Source: an uncultured Acidobacteriota bacterium (GTDB taxonomy: Bacteria > Acidobacteriota > UBA6911). From it: a DNA stretch of 64,000 nt. This document shows, in pieces, positions 30,266 through 41,387 of the stretch. The stretch is from NCBI GenBank assembly GCA_963827655.1, contig CAWHCF010000020.1, positions 192,001-256,000 of the forward strand, written 5' to 3'. Positions within the stretch are counted from its first letter, which is position 1. Every line of letters starts with the position of its first letter. Below the pieces are notes generated by a model, which saw only the letters and a program-made list of their open reading frames with translations, searched no databases and was not told where the DNA came from. A program made the translations under genes and the position numbers.

Positions 30266-31355
30266 TCACCTCTTTCCCGCGAGGCGCCAGAACTGCGTCT
30301 CGTTGAGCAGCGTGATTCTGTGCCCCTTCTCGCGCAGCCGCTTCATTTCCATCAGCTTCAGGCCCGCATCCCGGCCGGCGGCCTGCTGCGGATTGGGCCG
30401 CCCGCGAACGACGACAGTCGTCCGCGCCGAGGGCATCTTGTGAACGATCGCTCCCGCGCGCCGGGCAGCCAGGACCGCCTCGCGGCGGCGCTTGCTCAGG
30501 ATGCCCGTGAACACGAGATGTACTCCCTTCAGCGTCCGCGGAACCCGGACATTGAGCGAAGCGGGCGGGTTAGAAAGGGCCTCGATCATCTCGTCCGCGG
30601 TCTCGTACCGCTTGCGCCGCTCGCCGATGCAGCGGTAGACGATCTCCTTCAGGTGATCGCTGCAAGGGAGAAGGCGGACCTCCCGGGTGCGAATCCGAGC
30701 CCGCGCGTCGCCCTTGACCAGCATTCCCAGCAACTGGCCCACCTGGTACACATCGTCGCGCGCCTGCCACTTCGCGGTGTCTCGCGCTCGAATCTCGCTG
30801 GGCGCCATGAACGGGTTCAGGGTGCGCGCGGTGATCCCGCGGCGGTCGCTCTGGTGCCGGACGATCCCGAAATCCCCGAGCTTCAGGCGCCGGCCATCGC
30901 ATACGAACACGTTCATCGGCGTGAGGTCGCGGTGGAGCATGCGGCCGCGGTGCAGCTTTCCGAGCACCCCGAGGATTGCCGCGATCTCGCGCCGCGCGCT
31001 GGTTTCAGGCCACCCCTTGTCGGCCGTGGTTCAGGAACGCACTGAGGTCGCCATGACGCGCGTACTCGAGCGCGAGACAGTACAGAAGCCGCCCCTCCGG
31101 CAGCGCCAGCGGAAACTTGTCGAAGACCTGGATCGCCCTCGGATGCCCGTCCAGCAATTGCCCGAAGTAGGCCTCCCGCAACCACCCATCGATCCGCGCG
31201 CTGACCTTGATGCAGAGGATCTTCGGGACGAGGAGTGAGCGCCCAAGGCGCGTTGCGAGAAAAACCTGGCCGAACCCGCCCTCGCCGAGCAGCCGCTCGA
31301 TACAGTACCGGAGCCGTGTCTCAGGGCTGGTGATGACCTGTCCCGGCGCCAACAT
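30266..31355 (-). CDS. Ser/Thr protein kinase fused to a C-terminal BRCT domain (indel near 31020)
   Basis: LGEGGFGQVF, LCIK, WLRE, HRDLTPMN, LKLGDFG, APSE, DVYQVG; C-term LKGVHLVFTGIL...A..AGA.V.......TTVVV.G.......G.KL.......I.LLNE.QFWRL (LigA-type BRCT). Confidence 0.85.
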
Positions 31356-31472
31356 GTGTTCCGCCCGGTCTGGCGTGGACGGAACTCGTGCTGCGCGTAG
31401 TGGCGGCGGATGCGTGTTTCACCATACCGTGAGCAAGTGTCTCCCCTGCGACAGCTGATAATGGTATGAGCC

Positions 31473-34400
31473 TCAGTTTGCCTGGCCGGTCGTGGTCGAG
31501 ACCGGGGGCCGCGGCTTGTGATAGTTCGGATACGGCGGCCGCCGCGTCGGTTTCGGCGGGTTCTTCTCCAGCTCCGCGAGCAGCCAGGCGACGGCCTTCT
31601 CGAGCTGCGGGTCGTGACCCTCGCGCCACGCCTTCGGATCGAACTCGATCTCGACATCGGGCGCCACGCCGTGGTTTTCGACCTCCCACTTGCCCTCGGG
31701 AGTGTAGAAGGCGAAGTGAGGCGCGGTAACCGAACCGCCGTCGATCAGCTGCGGATAGCCGCCGATCCCGACCAGTCCGCCCCAGGTACGCTTGCCCATC
31801 AGCGGGCCTATCCCGGCCCGCCGAAACATCCATGGCATGTAATCTCCACCCGACCCGGAGTACTCGTTGACGAGCATCGTCTTCGGACCGGCCATCGTGC
31901 CGAAAGGCTGGCGGAAGTCGTCGCCGTCACGCACCGCCCAGTAACTCATCAGCGGTTTCTTGAGGTAGTCGATGATGTAATCGGCCGCCTGTCCGCCGCT
32001 GTTGAAGCGCTCATCGATCACGGCGCCCTGCTTGTCGGTTTGGGGGAAGAAGTAGCGGTTGAAGAAGGTGTACCCTCCCTGCGCCGTGTCGGGCAGATAG
32101 ACGTAGGCGAGCCTGCCGCCGCTCATCTGGTCCACCTTCCGGCGGTTCTCTTCGATCCACGCAAGGTTGCGCAGTCCCGGTTTCACTCTCCACGGGAACG
32201 ACCGTGACCTCACGCGAACCGGAGCCATCGGGGTTCGTGCCGACGCGGATCACGACCTGCTTGTCGGCCGTGCCCTCGAAGAACCGGTACACATTGTCGG
32301 CGTCGGTCAGGTTGCGGCCGTTCACCGCCAGCAGATACTCGCCGGCGGCCACGTTGACGCCGGGCTGCGTGAGCGGCGCCCGGAGCTGCGGATTCCAGTT
32401 TTCGCCGTTATACACGCGCTCGAAACGGTAGCGGCCGTTCTCGATCTTGAAGTCCGCTCCGAGAAGTCCGCCGCGCACTCTCTTGGGATCGGGCACATCG
32501 CCGCCCGAAACGTAGAGGTGGCCGACGGAAAGCTCGCCTAGCATCTCCGAGAACAGGTAGTTCAGGTCGGCCCGGTGCGCAAGCGAGTCGAAATAAGGCT
32601 GGTACTTCTTCGCCGTGGCGTCGAGGTCCAGACCGTGGTAGTTGGGATCGTAGAAGAAGTCGCGCTCGATCCGCCATGTCTCGCGGTACATCTGGCTCCA
32701 CTCGGCTTTCGGATCGACGAAGACCTCCATCTGGTCCGTCTTCAGCTTCCCTTCGCCGGGCTTGACGGGCTGCGCGGTCGCGGCAATGAACCAGTCATCG
32801 CGCTGCCGGTAGAGCATCTTCTCCCCGTTGGCGGAAACGTCGAAGGCGCGGACGCCCTCGAGCACCTTGTCGAGTTTCCGCTTCTCCAGGTCGAATTTGT
32901 GCACGATCGCGCTGGCGGGGCCGGCAGCCTGCGGCGCACCTTCGATGACATAGAGCATCCCGGCTTTGCCGACCGCGAGCCCGACGATGTTGCGCGCGGG
33001 TATGGGAAGCGCCAGGATGCGCTGGCTGATGTTGTCGAAATCGATGGCAACCTTCGGCGGCTCTTTCTTCTCGGCTGGCTTCGTGGCGGCGGTCGTGTCA
33101 CCTTTTTTCTCGTCGGCTTTATCCCCTTCCGGTTTTTCGTCTTTCTTTTCTTCCTTCTTGGCTTCGCCGATCTTCTCCTCGTCGCTCTCCGGCGCGAGCG
33201 GCGACGGCAGATCCTTTCTCAACACGCAAAGGTACACGCTGCGCGTGGGCCGATGAGGATAGCTCGACATGTCGAACCCGAAGACACGCGGGCCGATGTC
33301 GGTGCTCGCCGTGAAATAGAGCTGTTTGCCGTTCTTGTCGAAGACCGGGTGGCCGGCGTCGCTCAGGCCGTCGGTGATCTGGTGCGCCTTCGCTTCCTCG
33401 AGCGAATATACGAAGACCGCGCTGTACCATGACTGGAGCGGCTTGGTGTAGACGATCCAACGGCTGTCGGGCGACCAGCTCGGATTGAGCGCGAAGCCGC
33501 GGCGAACGGTGTCAATCTTGACGGGCGCAGCCTTGTCGATGTCCACGTACCAGAGGTTGAGGCGCTTGTCGCTGTAGGCGATTTTCTTGCTGTCAGGGGA
33601 CCAGGTCGGTGAATAGAAGAACGACGGCGGGTTCCCGAGGTTGATCTTCTTCACCTCTCCCATGCCTTTCTGATCGCGCAGGTGCAGGGCGTATTCGCCC
33701 GATTCGTCGGAGAAGTAGGCGATCCACTTGCCATCGGGCGACCAGGACGGGTCGCGCTCGGCGACACCGGACGTGGCGGTGAGATTGCGCACGTCCCCTT
33801 TCTCCGCGGGCACCGTGAGGATCTCGCCCCGTGCTTCGAAGATCGCGCGCACGCCGGTGGGCGAAATCGCGGCGTTGGTCATGCGGGTTCCGACCTTCTC
33901 GTACTTCGGGCGCACCGCGAGCATGTCGCCGTGGATCGTGACGTCGAGCTTGCGCGTCTTCCCGGACTTCAAGTCGAAGAGGTGAAGCGAGCCGAACTGC
34001 TCATAAGCGATCGCATCCGGACTGGCCGAAGCCGACTTGATGTCGAGACCCGCGTTCTGGACCACCTGGGCGACCTTCTTCGCCTTGGTATCGTAGGAGA
34101 AGAGCGTGACCGGCCCTCCGCGATCCGACAGAAAGTAGACCTTGTCGCCGATCCACATCGGATTGAAGTCGTTTGAATCCTCGCGCGGTATTTTCTCGAT
34201 CGACGAGTCATTCAGGGTCGCGATCCAGATGTAGGAAGCCATTCCGCCACGGTATCTTTTCCACGCGTTGAACGCGGGGGGCAGCGGTGTGTACGCCAGG
34301 CGGGCGCCGTCGGGCGAATAGGACCCGTCCCAGCCCATCGGCAGCGGCAACTCGGCCGGGAAGACGCCGTCAACGGGCACGGTGAAGAGCCGTTCGAATC

Positions 34401-34800
34401 GTCGAGAGGCGCTCGCGCGCCCCGAAACGAAGAGCACTTGACGGCCGTCCGGAGTCCACGCCGCCATCTCATCGGACGCGGGATGGTAGGTCAGCCGCTT
34501 CGGGATGCCGCCCGTCGCGGGCACGGTATAGACGTCTACGTTGCCGTCGTACTCGGCCGTGAAGGCCACGGTCTTGCCGTCGGGCGAAAAGCGCGGACTG
34601 CGTTCCGCGCCGACGCCGGTCGTGAGGCGGCTCGCCTCGCCCCCTTCGCGCGGTACGATCCAGAGATCGCCCGCATAGGTGAAGACGACGTGGGTTCGGT
34701 TGACTGTCGGGTCGCGTAGAAGCAGTGGCTTGACTGGCTGCGCCAATGCGCCAAGCGCAGCCGATACAATGCATGCCACAGTCAGGATCAGAGTTCTCAT
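31473..34800 (-). CDS. Tricorn protease homolog (peptidase S41; indel near 32190)
   Basis: PD40 repeats (FSPDG/WSPDG), FFYDPNYHGLD, MLGELSVGH, PDZ, IDERFNSGG, GSGGDYMPW.F...G.G.L.GKRTWGGLVGI, VENHGVAPD. Confidence 0.93.
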
Positions 34801-34892
34801 GGTGTCTCCCCGGGATAGCGCGAAGCAGGTTTCGTCACGACGGCTTTGAGTTTCCGCCACATTGTGGCAAAAAAAGACCGCACCTGCAATCA

Positions 34893-34966
34893 GTCTCCTG
34901 ATGACACGCGTTGTGGCCGCCGCATGCGGGGCTGGGATCGCACGAACCGGCGTCCGCCGATGCCGA
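34893..34966 (+). repeat. Degenerate direct copy of the vapC 3' segment (35776-35854)
   Basis: 34910-34966 vs 35799-35854: 52/57 identical; gtctcctgatga vs gtcttctgatga just upstream. Confidence 0.8.
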
Positions 34967-35170
34967 GCGCGGTCGGTGACTTGCCGGGGATAATCACGCG
35001 AGTCATTCGCGAGATCAACCTGTAAATATGTTCTATTTTACCGCCATTTCTTTCGAGGATTTGGGAGTTTCGGTGACTGTCCATCTTGTCTTTGCATCGA
35101 AAGCCGATCTGTATGCAGTCATGGTGCCAGTCATCTTGACAGCACCCAGCTTTCAAGATAACGTCATGAC

Positions 35171-35416
35171 ATGACCCGCCGAAAAGTCAGCACGCTTCTG
35201 GACGAACACCTGTTCCGCCGAGCGAAGCTGGAGTCGGTCCGCCGGCACAAACAGGTGAGTGAGATTCTCGGGGAGGCGCTCGAGCGCTATCTTGCGGAAA
35301 CCGGTGGCCGGCCCGCAACCACGGGTGTGGTCGCCGAGACCTGGGGAGTACTCAAACTTGACCGACGGAAAGTCGATCGACTGATCACGGAAGAGGCAAG
35401 CCTGCTTGACGCTTGA
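35171..35416 (+). CDS. Antitoxin (ribbon-helix-helix-like)
   Basis: RRKVSTLLDEHLFRRAK......VSEILGEALERYL; overlaps the PIN gene; TTGACA at 35136 and gtcatgac palindrome before the ATG. Confidence 0.75.
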   Translation: MTRRKVSTLLDEHLFRRAKLESVRRHKQVSEILGEALERYLAETGGRPATTGVVAETWGVLKLDRRKVDRLITEEASLLDA

Positions 35417-35906
35417 TCGCGTCCCTCCAGCAAGTCGCATATTTCTGGACTCCACGATTTTCATCTACCACGCTACCGCGACATCGCCGCAGTGCCGAGC
35501 TCTCCTCGAACGCTGCGAAGCGGGCGATGTTGCCGGCGTTACCTCAGTCGTCGTTGTGGCCGAAGTCGCGCATCGCCTGATGATGATCGAGGCTGTGTCG
35601 GCGGGGCTGGTCTCGGGGAAGGAGGTCATCAAGAAGCTCCGCGCCCGACCGGACCTCGTCCGCCAGCTGCATGTCTACCAGGAGCAAATCGAACGTATTC
35701 CGTTGATGGGGGTCGATGTCGTGCCGCTCGAGTTTGGAACTCTCCTTCGTTCGGCGGACATCCGGCGACGGTACGGTCTTCTGATGAACGACTCGCTGGT
35801 TGTGGCCGCCGCATGCGGTGCTGGGATCGCGCAGCTGGCGTCCGCCGATGCCGATTTCCGCCGTGTCAAGGAACTGAAGCTGTATCGACCGGGTGATCTC
35901 GGCTAG
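35406..35906 (+). CDS. vapC: PIN domain toxin, VapC family
   Basis: IFLDSTIFIY, VVAEV, LLMNDSLVVA, LASADADF.RV. Confidence 0.9.
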   Translation: MTLDRVPPASRIFLDSTIFIYHATATSPQCRALLERCEAGDVAGVTSVVVVAEVAHRLMMIEAVSAGLVSGKEVIKKLRARPDLVRQLHVYQEQIERIPLMGVDVVPLEFGTLLRSADIRRRYGLLMNDSLVVAAACGAGIAQLASADADFRRVKELKLYRPGDLG

Positions 35907-36080
35907 GACTGGCTCGAGCGAAGCCATCGAGCAGGTTCAGCTGGAAACGCTGGCATTCGCTGTTTTCCTGGCATCGCGAGCTCGTGTGTTCCCGTTGGCG
36001 TTCGCCCCGGGGGTGATATACTCTGGCCCTATTGATCGGCCTCTCCCTGGCTGGTCGCGCGAGACATCAGGAGCATAAAA

Positions 36081-37518
36081 ATGCGTCTTCTTCTAGCGGT
36101 TCTTTGCGTTGCGTTATTCCTTCTTCCATCGGCCGGCCATGCAGAAGAGTGGTCGCGTTTCCGAGGCGCCAATGGCTCCGGTGTTTCACAGGACGTCGGA
36201 TTCCCCATGAAGTTCGGCCGTGACCGGAACGTCATCTGGAGAACTCCGGTTCGCCCGGGCAAGTCCTCGCCGATTCTGACTCCCCGGCTCGTATTCTTGA
36301 CTGCGTTCGAGGATGGAAAACTGTTCACGCAGTGTTTTGATCGCAAGACCGGGAAGCTGTTGTGGGAACGGGCGGAGGACCGGCCTCGCGCAGAGGTTGG
36401 TAACGTCCTGAACCAGCCGGCATCGATCACCCCCGTGACCGACGGGGACAACGTGTACGCATTCTTCGCTGACTTCGGCCTGATTTCCTACGACGAGTCC
36501 GGCAAAGTGCGGTGGAAGACGCCTCTCGGCCCGTTCACAAATACGATGGGGCTTGGTGCCTCACCGATTCTAGCCGGAGACTTCATTGTCCTCGTAGCCG
36601 ACCAGCAGGATGACTCGTATATCGCCGCCTTCGACCGACGTAGTGGCGCGATCCGTTGGAAGACACCCCGTCAGGAGAAGGATGGCTGGGCTACGCCGGT
36701 GCTTTTACGACAGCCCGGGGCCGCTCCCCAAATTTTGACCGTCAGCCGGGGGCAGCTGGGAGCTCATGGCCTGGCGGACGGGAGCCAGAGCCTGGAGCTA
36801 CGATCGCTTGAGTCCTGCGATCGTTGCCAGTCCAGTGCTGGTTCAAGACACGCTCTTCACTTTTGGCTATGGCAACGAGTCCGCCGCCCCTTTTTCGAAT
36901 ATCCTCGCCAAAAATGACAAGAACCAGGATGGAAAGATTTCTCCGGATGAGCAAGGCGACAATGCGTTCCTCATTGGAATTGGAAAATACGAGGGGAATC
37001 GTGATCAGATTGTAACCAAGGAAGAATGGGATGAGAAACAGCGTCAGGTCCTGGCGCCGTCCAGTCTGTTGGCCGTCCGGCTTGAACCCGATCCCGGCGC
37101 GGCGCCAGTGAATTCCATTCGCGCCCGTGAACTCTGGCGCTACGAGAAGAGTTTTGTCGGCGTAATCCCCTCACCGCTCATTTACCAGGGCGTCCTCTAC
37201 GTGGTGAAGAACGGCGGCATCCTCACGGCCTTTGACCCCGCAAACGGCGAGGTAGTCAAGACCGGCCGAATGCAGGGGGCCGTCGGCGGCTATTCCGCCT
37301 CACCGGTCTCCGCCGAGGGCATGATCTTCCTCGCCGGCGAAGAAGGGAAGGTGGCTGTTGTGCGAGCCGGCCGGGATTGGGACGTGCTCACCGTGAATGA
37401 CCTCGGCGAAAGTTGTTATGCGACCCCCGCCCTCTCCAATGGAAAAATCTATCTGCGCACGAGCGAGGCTCTGTACTGCTTCGGCAGTGGGGGTCAAGAT
37501 CAGTCGACCGTGCGGTGA
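36081..37518 (+). CDS. PQQ-binding-like beta-propeller protein with EF-hand-like insert (indel near 36780)
   Basis: EWSRFRGANGSG, GKSSPI, ASPI, DKNQDGKIS, YSASPV, ATPALSNGKIYLRT..LYCFG. Confidence 0.85.
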
Positions 37519-37534
37519 GAGCAGAGGAGGCCTC

Positions 37535-38980
37535 ATGAATCGTCCATTTTCACCCATACTGCTCGCAGCCATTCTTCTGTCTTGTGGCGGCTCGGGTTTC
37601 GTGCGCGGCTCTGCCGCGCAGACGCCGAAGCAAATCCGCGCTGGAGCAGCGGCCACCAACGTGACCCCCTGGCTTGGCCTTTCGATCAACGGGTCCATGC
37701 AGGACCGTCGGGTCAACCGGATTCACGACGAGCTGCATGCCCGCTCGCTGGCGCTGGATGACGGCCGGAACCGCATTGTCATCACGGTCGTGGATAGCTG
37801 CATGATTTCTCGCGAAATCTTCGATGAGGCGAAGCGGTTGGTGACTCAGCACACCGGACTTCCGGCACACCATATGCTCATGTCGGCCACCCACACGCAT
37901 TCCGCTCCGACGGCGGTCCCGATCTTCCAGAGCCAGGCCGATGCGGAATATCTTCGGTTCCTGACGCGAAGGATCGCCGACAGCGTGCGCCGCGCGCTGG
38001 ACAATCTCCAGCCGGCCGAGATTGGTTGGGGGATGGGGAAAGTGCCGCAGCATGTCTTCAACCGGCGCTGGAAGATGAAGCCGGGGACGTCGCTTCCGGA
38101 TCCGTTCGGCGGGACCGACCAGGTGAAGATGAATCCACCCGCCGGCAGCCCCGACCTGGTGGAGCCGGCCGGCCCGACCGACCCCGACCTGTCACTCCTT
38201 TCGGTTCGCGGGCTCGACGGGCGGCCCATTGCGCTGATGGGCAACTACTCGCTGCACTACGTCGGGGCGGCGGACACTTCGGCCGACTATTTCGGGGTGT
38301 TCGCCGATCGGATCCGGGAACTCCTGGGAGCCGAGCGTCTCGAGCCTCCATTTGTGGGAATTCTCTCGAACGGCACCAGCGGCAACATCAATAACATCGA
38401 CTTCCGGCGCCAGCGCGAGTCGCAGCCTCCCTTCGCGCAGATGCGCCGCGTCGCCGATGACGTCGCCCAGGAAGCGCTCCGGGTGTACAAGACGATCAAG
38501 CACCAGGCCTGGGTTCCGCTGGACGCGCGCCAGGCAGAGATCGAGCTCGGAGTGCGCCGGCCCGGCTCCGAGGAACTCCGAAGAGCCCGGCAGATCGTCG
38601 CAGCGGCGAAAGGTCCGGTGATGCAGACCCAGCCGGAAATCTATGCGCGCGAGACGCTCCTGCTGGCCGATTATCCGGAGAAGGTCCCGGTTCTTGTCCA
38701 GGGGCTACGGATCGGCGATCTTGGAATCGGCGCGATCCCGTGCGAGGTTTTTGTCGAGATTGGTCTCGAGCTGAAGAAGAAGAGCGCGTTGCAGCCGGTG
38801 TTCATCGTCTCGCTCGCCAACGGCTACAACGGCTATCTGCCGACTGTGGAACATCACCGGCTGGGCGGCTACGAGACCTGGCGCGCGCGCTCGAGCTACC
38901 TGGAGGTGGAGGCGGCGCCGAGGATCGTAGATCGGCTGCTGACGCTCTTCGGTGAGTTGAAAGGGCAGAAGACAGATTAA
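37535..38980 (+). CDS. Neutral/alkaline ceramidase-like amidohydrolase
   Basis: HDELHARSL.LDD, SATHTHSAP, NYSLH, SADYFG, PCEVFVEIGL, LANGYNGYLPT, GGYE. Confidence 0.8.
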   Translation: MNRPFSPILLAAILLSCGGSGFVRGSAAQTPKQIRAGAAATNVTPWLGLSINGSMQDRRVNRIHDELHARSLALDDGRNRIVITVVDSCMISREIFDEAKRLVTQHTGLPAHHMLMSATHTHSAPTAVPIFQSQADAEYLRFLTRRIADSVRRALDNLQPAEIGWGMGKVPQHVFNRRWKMKPGTSLPDPFGGTDQVKMNPPAGSPDLVEPAGPTDPDLSLLSVRGLDGRPIALMGNYSLHYVGAADTSADYFGVFADRIRELLGAERLEPPFVGILSNGTSGNINNIDFRRQRESQPPFAQMRRVADDVAQEALRVYKTIKHQAWVPLDARQAEIELGVRRPGSEELRRARQIVAAAKGPVMQTQPEIYARETLLLADYPEKVPVLVQGLRIGDLGIGAIPCEVFVEIGLELKKKSALQPVFIVSLANGYNGYLPTVEHHRLGGYETWRARSSYLEVEAAPRIVDRLLTLFGELKGQKTD

Positions 38981-39226
38981 TTTGATCGTTACGAATGGGC
39001 ACGTGCTGAGTGCTGTTAGTAATTGCGGTGACGTAATTTGGCAGTGAGGCCTGAAGAGCCGACAGAAGAGTTGGGCCCGTCCGGCGAAGTAAGCTTCGCC
39101 AACGTCACGATCACGACCGGCATGTTTGCGGTTGATCGAGAATCTGAGTCTCACAACCATGATTGCCCAACGTTCGGCCCGAAGGTGCAACACAGTCGGA
39201 GTGCCGGTCATTCGGACCTCTGGTCT

Positions 39227-40561
39227 TTATGGTTCCCTGAAGCAGTAGAGGTTGTTCTGAGTCCGTATGATCAGGCGGTCGCCAACCAGGGCCGGTGTCG
39301 CCATGCAGAACTCGTTCAGGCTGTTCTTGCCTACAACCTTGAATTCGCTCCCCGGTTGGATCACGAAGGTATCCCCATCCTCACTCAGGACGAAAATGCG
39401 GTCCCGGTAAGCCCAGGGGGACGCGGTAAACGCGGCGCTGGCTGGATCGATCCTTTGCTTCGAGTACACAACCTGGCCGGTCTTGGCGTCATTGCAGGTG
39501 AAAAACCCGCGGTCGAACAGGGTGTAGTAGTAGTCGCCGTAAACGAGGGCACTCGGATTGTACGGCCCTCCTGCCGGATCGTACCATGCGACGAAATCGC
39601 TGCTGGTTGCGCCTTCCGGAAGTGAGATGTCCCCCGAAGCACCCGGCCGGATCGCGTGAATGGGGCGATGCTTCGCGCCCACGTATCCCGACGTCACGTA
39701 GAGCAGGTCGTGTGCGGTGAAGGGAGTTGGAATCATCAGCTGGCCGAAAGGCCCGCGCAGCTCCCACAGGAGCTTCCCGTTAAGATCATACGAACGGATT
39801 CGCTCGTTTCCGTTCGTGATGATCTCGGTCCGCAGCTTGTTCGTCCAGACGAACGGAGTGGCCCACGTCGTCTTCTCCTCTCGAGGAACGCGCCAGGCCT
39901 CCTTCCCGGTCTTCTTGTCGAGCGCGCTGATATAGGAAGAATCGGCGTTGTCGTTGACGATGATGAGAAGATCGCCTTGAAGCACCGGAGACCCCGCGGT
40001 GCCCCATCCATTCAGGGTGTTGAACGGTCCCTGCGGGCGGCGCCAGATTTCGGTCCCTTTGTGGTCGAAGACAAAGATCCCGGTCTGGCCGAAGTAAAAA
40101 TAGACGCGCTCGGCATCGACGGCCGGTGTTTCGGACGCATACGTGTTCTTCAGGTGCCGGCTCGATCGAGGAACCTCGCGAGCCAGATCTTTCCGCCACA
40201 GAATCTTTCCGGTGTTCGCGTCAAGACAGAAGACTGCCCAGGTATGCTCTTCCTTCGGAATCGGGCGCTCCCCTCCGAAATAGAGTCCCCCTTTTACCTT
40301 TTCCTCCTCTCCGGCGCTGATTACCGAGGTGAGGAAGATGCGATCCCCCCAAACGACCGGTGAAGACCAGCCGGATCCGGGAATCGGAGTCTTCCAGGCA
40401 ACATTCTGGGTCGCGCTCCAGGACAGCGGAAGCTTCTTGTTCTCTGATATTCCTCGGGAACCAGGTCCCCGGAACTGCGGCCAGTGATCCTGAGCCGGAA
40501 GTACAACGACCGTGACCCACAAGGTGAACGCAGCCCACCGTAGAATTCGCATTCTTTCCAT
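39227..40561 (-). CDS. PQQ-binding-like beta-propeller protein
   Basis: HWPQFRGP, GWSSPVVWGDRIF, ASETP, FTASP, MATPA. Confidence 0.88.
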   Translation of the reverse strand: MERMRILRWAAFTLWVTVVVLPAQDHWPQFRGPGSRGISENKKLPLSWSATQNVAWKTPIPGSGWSSPVVWGDRIFLTSVISAGEEEKVKGGLYFGGERPIPKEEHTWAVFCLDANTGKILWRKDLAREVPRSSRHLKNTYASETPAVDAERVYFYFGQTGIFVFDHKGTEIWRRPQGPFNTLNGWGTAGSPVLQGDLLIIVNDNADSSYISALDKKTGKEAWRVPREEKTTWATPFVWTNKLRTEIITNGNERIRSYDLNGKLLWELRGPFGQLMIPTPFTAHDLLYVTSGYVGAKHRPIHAIRPGASGDISLPEGATSSDFVAWYDPAGGPYNPSALVYGDYYYTLFDRGFFTCNDAKTGQVVYSKQRIDPASAAFTASPWAYRDRIFVLSEDGDTFVIQPGSEFKVVGKNSLNEFCMATPALVGDRLIIRTQNNLYCFREP

Positions 40562-40918
40562 GCCTCCTGTCCCGTCGTATCGTCTTGCAAGAGGATAATG
40601 CGTCGCATCGGCCCTGGCAATGGCTCAGAATGGTAGGCAGTCCGAAGGGGCGCGATTGTAAAGCTGGCAGACCGCGCAGCTGACAGAAAACACGGTCCAA
40701 TGACTTTCTCGGTGGGGCGTGTGGTCGCACGAATGTCGTGCCCATTGCAGAGGTGATCATCAATCAGTAGAGCGGGCCGAACTATTGGTGGCAGCACCTC
40801 GGCAACGGGTTGTGCTACTCGGCGTTTTTCGCAGTAGTTACGTCGGGTGGTCTCAGCGCTTGCTGGTAACCTGTATGTCTCCGGAGGGGACTCGGCCCAT
40901 GGGGAAGGGGTGAACGTG

Positions 40919-41290
40919 ATGAGAACGCCGCAAGTTCTCGCGTACATAGCGTGTATGGTATCTGGCGGTCTTTGGTTTGTGTTCCTATATTTCAACCCAT
41001 ACACCACGCCGGCAAGTTTTCCTCCTGGCACCTCTTGGTGGACGCCAACAACACAGCTGATCGTATGGATTCAGATCGTCCTGTCCGCTGTCGGCGCCGT
41101 GGTTGCCTGGTTGAGCAAGCCGTACCTCATGTATGTGATTTTCTGCGTGTTATTCATGCCGTTTGGGCTCTACGTTTCGTTGCACGATAGTGTATGGGTT
41201 TGGATAGGCGTCGCCGATCTCGCATACCTCGCTGCAGCGGTATGGTTGCATCGCTCATCCAACAGGGCGGTTCCCGTGCGGGGAAGGTAG
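40919..41290 (+). CDS. Small hypothetical membrane protein (about 4 TM), lower GC
   Basis: Four hydrophobic segments; SD-like GAAGGGG upstream; start uncertain. Confidence 0.6.
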   Translation: MRTPQVLAYIACMVSGGLWFVFLYFNPYTTPASFPPGTSWWTPTTQLIVWIQIVLSAVGAVVAWLSKPYLMYVIFCVLFMPFGLYVSLHDSVWVWIGVADLAYLAAAVWLHRSSNRAVPVRGR

Positions 41291-41387
41291 ACGTTTGATG
41301 CCGGGGCAACAAGAACGTGCTATGCTCTGCTCCGAGTTCGTTACAAACACTTCCGTCATTCAATTAGAACTTCCGGAGGGCAGTCGT

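Noticed and set aside
34893-35854. Duplicated vapC segment as a DGR template/variable repeat
   Set aside because: Differences include G/T, C/T and an indel rather than only adenines, and there is no reverse transcriptase in the window.
15340-36790. Programmed ribosomal frameshifting at split genes
   Set aside because: No consistent slippery motifs are visible and many unrelated genes are affected; sequencing error is more parsimonious.
38990-39226. Lower-GC spacer as an ncRNA or attC site
   Set aside because: Only a short hairpin (ggcgaagtaagcttcgcc); no recognisable family.
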